Positions 57,551-64,000 of a stretch of 64,000 nt of DNA are shown piece by piece. The notes beneath the pieces were generated by a model. That model searched no databases. It had not been told where the DNA came from and saw only the letters and a list, made by a program, of their open reading frames with translations. Source of the DNA: Eledone cirrhosa (lineage: Eukaryota). Position numbers and translations under genes: made by a program. Within the stretch, counting starts at the first letter, position 1, and the number at the start of each line of letters is the position of its first letter. The stretch spans positions 116,932,001 through 116,996,000 of the forward strand of contig OZ024740.1 in assembly GCA_964016885.1 (NCBI GenBank), in the 5' to 3' direction.

Positions 57551-58029
57551 AGTTGCTGGCCTTATCATTGATGTTTGTCTCCAGGAGAGCCTTGCTGCTA
57601 ATATACTTATTTAGCAAGCAATAGTGCTACTTTATTGCGGCAGAGTAATTCGGTCGTGCTTGGTCAGTCGCCAGCCCTTAGGGTTGGTGGCGTAGGAATA
57701 CTAAAAACGACTTCCGGCCAGCAGTCGATTTCGCGCCTAATTATCAATTCTCCCGCAGTTACGTTCGGGATCTTCTACTGAGCAGTACCGTGTAACTCGC
57801 TTCCTGATTTTCTTGATCTTGCCCTCTAAAGCCGAGAGTTATCTCGATATATAACTTTGTGGAGAATTACATCTATCATTCAACTTGATTATGCGATATC
57901 TTTGCAGCTCTCCACTCGCCTTGTACTTGTATTAAATGAAGAAGAAAATAAATCTTTATTATGTTTTGAAATATGCCTTCTGACCTTTTCTGCTACCATG
58001 GAATGTGAACATCATTATTACATCTCTGT

Positions 58030-58207
58030 GGATTGGCAGTATCAGTAGAGGGTCGGACGCCATGCTTTCCAGCATAGTTACGTCCCTTTATGATCTGAGT
58101 TCAAATCCCGCCGAGGTTGACTTTGCCTTTCATCCTTACGGGGTCGATAAAATAAAGTACCATTAATGCACTGGGTAATTGCTGGCCTTGTGCCTAAAGT
58201 AGAAACA
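58030..58207 (+). mobile_element. SINE S1
   Basis: 16-bp TSD attattacatctctgt (58014-58029 and 58208-58223). Confidence 0.92.
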
Positions 58208-58770
58208 ATTATTACATCTCTGTTTTCCTGAAGTGGTAATCGCTACTAACACATCAGTCCAACATCGAATTACTCCCTTTATGAATTATACCGTTGCAAA
58301 TCTCTCTTGGACGCCATTCTGCTACCATTACAACGAAAGTACTTATTACTAAACATATGCTTGAAGGCACTTTGCCCCTGACAATACCATTGTCCTTTAA
58401 GCATACAACGTTTATGACTATATTAATCCTATAAGTACTTTCTTTTTTAAGATATAGGATGTGTAAATTAAGTTACTTTCATAAGAAGGTTTTCATGTAT
58501 GTATGGAGATACATGCTGGTATATATATATTTTAACAATATTAATGTGTGCATGTGTATATATGTGTGTGGCGCGTTTAATGCATCAAATAAATATTTTT
58601 CGTTGAATACAATTTCACTGAATATCGAAAATGAGTACGAAATTGGAATATATTAAACGAGTACACTGTTAGACCATAATAGATGTGCATGATGGTAGTT
58701 ATATTCTAAAACGCTCTATGTAGGTAACAGAGCTTAATAGTTATGTAATAAAACAACATAAGGCAATTAT

Positions 58771-58828
58771 TCCATTTACCAGTGGTTTCTTAAAAGCAAA
58801 AAAATTTTGCTTTCAATCCTCAGAATGA
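58771..58828 (-). ncRNA. Hammerhead ribozyme, left arm of a palindrome
   Basis: Reverse complement: tcatt CTGAGGA ttgaaagcaa...ttgcttttaa GAAA ccactgg TA aatgga. Confidence 0.85.
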
Positions 58829-58842
58829 GTGACCAGGATATT

Positions 58843-58900
58843 TTCATTCTGAGGATTGAAAGCAACATTTTTTGCTTTTAAGAAACCACTGGTAAATGGA
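58843..58900 (+). ncRNA. Hammerhead ribozyme, right arm of a palindrome
   Basis: ttcatt CTGAGGA ttgaaagcaa catttt ttgcttttaa GAAA ccactgg TA aatgga; 10-bp stem II, GUA triplet. Confidence 0.88.
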
Positions 58901-59043
58901 ATAATTGCCTTATGTTGTTTATTACATAACTATATATATACATATTATATATTATATATATATATATATATGAATATATATGGTAGTTATTGATGGTGAG
59001 TAGGCTGGCTGGAGCAATAAAGGTCTTATTTACGTATATATAA

Positions 59044-59082
<39 letters not shown>

Positions 59083-59405
59083 TCTTCTTAACCCACTTAT
59101 TCCTGAGAGTGTCGTAGGGGCTGAGTCTTCAAACACTCTTTCCTTCCAGCGGGTCCTGTTAACAGCAACCGTTTCCAACTGATCCGACTGGATCCACAAG
59201 CGAGACTAACCCACCATGTTATCCAGCCATCTGAGTCTCCTGCTGGTTAGTTTTGCCCGTAAAATATATCCACCAATTCTTTCCTGAGACATTCTAACCG
59301 CATGCCCATAGTATTGAAGCTGTGATCTCTCATTTCGGAAACGTAGCAGCTCTACCTGGAAAGACTCTCTGACCTTCGAGCTACACACTCTATAGAGTGT
59401 ATCCA
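59083..59405 (-). mobile_element. RTE/RTEX-like LINE 3' end
   Basis: KVRESFQVELL...QLQYYGHAVRM...RWLD...NRTRWK C-terminal motifs. Confidence 0.75.
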
Positions 59406-59514
59406 AGATTAATTATTTTCATGAACAAGATTGACGCACGCAGCTAGGTTGGATGTGGTATCACCACTGGTGGGTGTAAAATCAATCGAGTGGAATTTAA
59501 AGACGACAGGGTGT

Positions 59515-59870
59515 TATTTAAATCGACAGAAGATGATATCCGACTTGTACTTGATAGGTTTCATGCCGAGTGCTGCATGGCTGGAATGAAAATCAGTGCT
59601 GCGAGAACTGAGACACTTGTCCTCTCAAGGAAGCTTGAGCAGTGCATTCGATACATGAATGGAGTTCAACTGAGGCAGGTGGAGAAGTTCAAGTATCTCG
59701 GAGCCATCTTCATACGGGATAAAAGGCAGGGGGCTGGATTAAGTGCAAGAATTGCAGGAGCTGGTGCAGCAATCTGCCAACTTCAGCATTCTGTAATCAA
59801 AAGAAGGGAGGTAGGTGTAAAAGCCAAACTCGCTATCTTCAATTCGGTATTCGTGCCAATCCTTACCCTT
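59515..59870 (+). mobile_element. Inverted upstream fragment of an RTE/RTEX-like RT
   Basis: GMKISAARTETLV...LRQVEKFKYLG...SVFVPILT, then (TA)n. Confidence 0.8.
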
Positions 59871-59873
59871 ACC

Positions 59874-60005
<132 letters not shown>

Positions 60006-60317
60006 CACAGGTTATTTCATGCTTTGAATGAGAAAATAGATAAGATTTTTTCGATATTTATGACACATATACAAACATAGATATTCAAACACATATACAC
60101 ACAAAAATAAATACAGATATACGTACGCAAACATAATGAAGATATATATAAATATGTTAATACATGTTTACATATATACCTATATTAATGGATTATACAC
60201 ATCTATAAATATTACATAGATAATATAACTGGCGGTGGATAAGATGCCAGGTGAGTAAATAAGGAAAGCTCCCGTATTGTCCAAATCCTACAACGAATAT
60301 ATGTAGAACACATGTAC

Positions 60318-60384
<67 letters not shown>

Positions 60385-60396
60385 ATATTATATATA

Positions 60397-60578
<182 letters not shown>

Positions 60579-60590
60579 GTACATGTATGT

Positions 60591-60663
60591 GTGTCCCCAA
60601 AACGTATACACTCTTCAACAGCATTTTAATAAATATGTGTATACATTTTTGGAGGACACCCTG
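60591..60663. mobile_element. Tiny Tc1/mariner-type MITE
   Basis: gtgtccccaaaa...tttttggaggacaccctg|TA; related to 11125-11191. Confidence 0.6.
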
Positions 60664-60699
<36 letters not shown>

Positions 60700-60704
60700 T
60701 ATAG

Positions 60705-61040
60705 GGCGAGGAGGGGCAAAAAGTAAGTGTATAACTGGTACTCCGTCGGTTACAACGAAGAGTGTTTCAGTTGAATCCATCAACGGAACAGCGTGCTGGT
60801 GAGATTAACGTTCAAATAGCTGAGCATTACACAGATACGTGTACCCTTAACGTATTTCTTCGAGAGGTTCAGTATGACACGGAATGTGACATGGTTGGCC
60901 TTTCGAATTACAGGTATAACTCACTTTTGTCAGCTCTATGGACTTGAGTAATGTGAATTAAATTGTCTTACACAAGAACACAACTCGACGCCAAGAATCG
61001 AACTCTCGACCTTATGATCACGAGCCGAATACTCTAACTA
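60705..61040 (-). mobile_element. tRNA/CORE-like SINE S3
   Basis: Reverse-complement head agtagttagagtattcggctc...gagttcgattcttggcg...gtgttcttgtgtaagac; body shared with the copies at 9332 and 46705. Confidence 0.75.
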
Positions 61041-61113
61041 CTGATTATATATATATATACTTTCCAACTTCCCATATACTGTACCGATTGTGTTGATATT
61101 TCTCTTTACCTTT

Positions 61114-61285
<172 letters not shown>

Positions 61286-61619
61286 GGTGTAGCTGAACCC
61301 ATCCATAAGATAACCCACCGGACTCGTAATAGGGAATATAATACCTCTAGGAATCAAGTCGAACCCTCTGAGCGCTCACTCATTGGTGATGCTTTTGCTA
61401 GATCTAATTCTAATAATGTTGTTTCTACTGATCCTATTATTGGCCCTAATCCTTTTGATAGGATCCCAGACAGCAGCAGATCTACTAGAGGTAGAAACAG
61501 TAAGAGACTTAATGGAATTTTGGCTGATTCTAATAATGCGGTTTTAACTAATCCTTGTAGTAACCCTAGTCTTAATAATGGGATATTGGATAATGGTAGA
61601 GTCGGAAAGGATAAAAATA

Positions 61620-62409
61620 GGAGACTAAATACTTATTTTAACCCGCCATATAACAGGAAGTATTAACTAATATCCCTAGGTCTTTCTTTTCTATCTTAGA
61701 GAAAAATTTCCTCCCTTCTCATAAATACCATAGTATTTTTAATAAAAATGTTATTAAACTTTCATTCTCTACCACCCCTAATATTAGTTCTCATTTAGCT
61801 AGCACTAACAATAGGAAAATTAGGGATGGATACTCCTCTCTACATAGTACTAGTCTGAACAGATCTACAAATGCCTTACCACCAGAGCAGACCTTATCTA
61901 ATAGTAATCCTACGTGTAATGCATCACTACTTCAGCCAATCAATACCACCCGGAAGTGTAACTGTAGAGTGAGTGCTAACTGCCCTTTAAACGGTAACTG
62001 CCTCTCTAAGAACATCGTTTATGCTTGCGTAGTTATAACTAATTCCTCTAATAGAACTTATATAGGCTCTACATCTAACACTTTTAAGACCAGGTTTAAT
62101 TCTCATATCTCTAATTTCAAACATGTTAAGTTTAAGAATTCTACTTCTTTAGCACACTATATTTGGGATCTTAAGGGGGCTAATATACCATATAGCCTTA
62201 ATTGGCGTTTAGTAGCACGCTCTAATAACCTTTCTACACATACTAAATTTTGTAATCTCTGTATCCTCGAGACACACTCTATAATTTTCTCTAGTGAATC
62301 CTTACTTAATAGAAAGTCTGAGATATTCTCTTCTTGCCCCCACGCTATTTCAAATTCTTACTTTTATTATAAACCTAAAGGTTCTAGTAGTGTAAATTGT
62401 ATCCACTAG
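61620..62409 (+). pseudogene. Penelope-like element linker and GIY-YIG endonuclease (Naiad-like), 5'-truncated
   Basis: YFNPPY...HKYHSIFNKNVIKLSFS; CNCRVSANCPLNGNCL; IVY...YIGSTSNTFKTRFNSH; STSLAHYIW; CNLCILE; LLNRKSE..SCPH. Frameshifts upstream. The insert begins at (TA)n near 61285. Confidence 0.88.
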
Positions 62410-62933
62410 CTGATATATTCCATTACTTATTATTTTTAGTTTAGGTTCTTTTTGTTTACCACCATTATTATCATCATTATTATCATTGGTTTTTGACAAC
62501 TTTTTATTCTAGCTCTCATAATCTTTTGGCTACTATACCATATCTATCTTCTTATACATTAAATTTTCACTATTAACACCTTATGAGTATATATCTGATT
62601 ATATATTTTATATTATTTTATTTCATTTTATTTTATTTTATTTGGATTCTTCTTTGGATAACCCTCTCCCCCCTCCCCCTTCCCCTGCACACATAAACTT
62701 ATTGCTAACCCCTTCAAATATATTATGATTATATTTAATCCCCCCTTTTTATGTTCCTTTCTATTATATTGATTATGATTTTATGCTCCTTTGTATCCTT
62801 CATACATTTCTTTTTTCTGTCCCTATTAGCCTACCATAATTCTGCTTAAGTCAGTTTTTTTAGATATCGTTATGTAAATGATAGTAGAATATTTCATTCC
62901 TTTCTATATATATATTTATAGTGAAATATTAAT

Positions 62934-63062
62934 TGTTTCTACTTTAGGCACAATGCCAGCAATTACCCAGTGCATTACTGGTACTTTATTTTATCGACCC
63001 CGTAAGGATGAAAGGCAAAGTCAACCTCGGCGGGATTTGAACTCAGATCATAAAGGGACGTA
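62934..63062 (-). mobile_element. SINE S1, 5'-truncated
   Basis: 11-bp TSD gaaatattaat. Confidence 0.9.
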
Positions 63063-63450
63063 GAAATATTAATGTTTACGGATTTTGATCACTTAAACCA
63101 TAGCTAATATTGTATTGCCTTATTAGGTATTTTAAATATTTTCAATATTAATTTATCAAATAGGGTTTTCTAGTCATTTATCTGGGTTGTTTCCTAAGTT
63201 TTTACTTAACTGCATGTGAGACCTAAGTAAATACTTTTGTTTTTGTTTTTTGATTTCCGGTCGATTTTATTTATTTATTTATTTATTTATTTATTAATAC
63301 TACTGTGCATAGTATTTTCTGTCTGGCCCTTATTCACTCATTCACATATGTGTCTGTTTACCAACCTTGTAATTATAAGTAATTATATATTATATTATGT
63401 TCATTATTTTATATTGAAGTTGTTATTCAACTCTCTGTAAATGTAATATT

Positions 63451-63637
63451 GTTTCTACTTTTGGCACAAGGCCAGCAAATTACCCAGTGTATTACTGGTA
63501 CTTTATTTTATCGACCCCCGTAAGGATGAAAGGCAAAGTTAACCTCGGCGGGATTCGAACTCAGAATGGCAAGGGCCGTAACTCTATGCGTCAAAGCATG
63601 GCGTCCGACCCTCTACCGATACTGCCAATCCACCGCC
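63451..63637 (-). mobile_element. SINE S1, full length
   Basis: 18-bp TSD ctctgtaaatgtaatatt. Confidence 0.93.
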
Positions 63638-64000
63638 CTCTGTAAATGTAATATTGATCTTTGTTACTTACCGATGATTTTATGTACCATTATGATATGT
63701 TAAATTTTATATATCATGAAAGATGTTTATATATTTTTGTACCATCATAATTTTGGGTACTGTATAATTTATATTTTATTTCTCACCTGCTCTCTAACTC
63801 TATATGAATTGATTTGTTAACTTACATGCCATTATATATTATATATTATTATATTATTATTATAGTGTTATTGTGACATCTATATTGTTTGTGTAAATTA
63901 ACCGGAGATTATCTATTATATTATATTATATGTTATATAATTATATAGTTTATTATATATTATATGTGTTACTTTTAATCATTTCATTACTTCATATTAG

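Overview
AT-rich, microsatellite-dense eukaryotic DNA, intergenic or intronic. The SINE repertoire resembles octopod cephalopod genomes (my recognition, not a database result). No host gene can be called with confidence, and almost all ORF-track entries are (TA)n/(CA)n artefacts. Recognisable content: a 6.2-kb decayed Helitron (HUH Rep plus PIF1 helicase) with a nested SINE; a non-autonomous Helitron; a 5'-truncated Penelope-like element (PLE) with a GIY-YIG endonuclease; RTE-type and CRE-type LINE fragments; a mariner relic; small MITEs; and many tRNA-derived SINEs with 11-18 bp TSDs. The main hidden signal is a dense population of short (0.1-1 kb) inserts, most lying in or beside (TA)n tracts. 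They belong to many unrelated sequence families but share one architecture: a type-I hammerhead ribozyme (CUGAnGA...GAAA, tiny and often palindromic stem III), frequently with a fold-back inverted duplication whose junction lies in or near the ribozyme. About 15 hammerhead motifs were folded by eye. Several carry roughly 60-95 nt stem II extensions, and three have a CCGAnGA core. I interpret them as PLE pseudo-LTR-derived, microsatellite-targeting retro-inserts.
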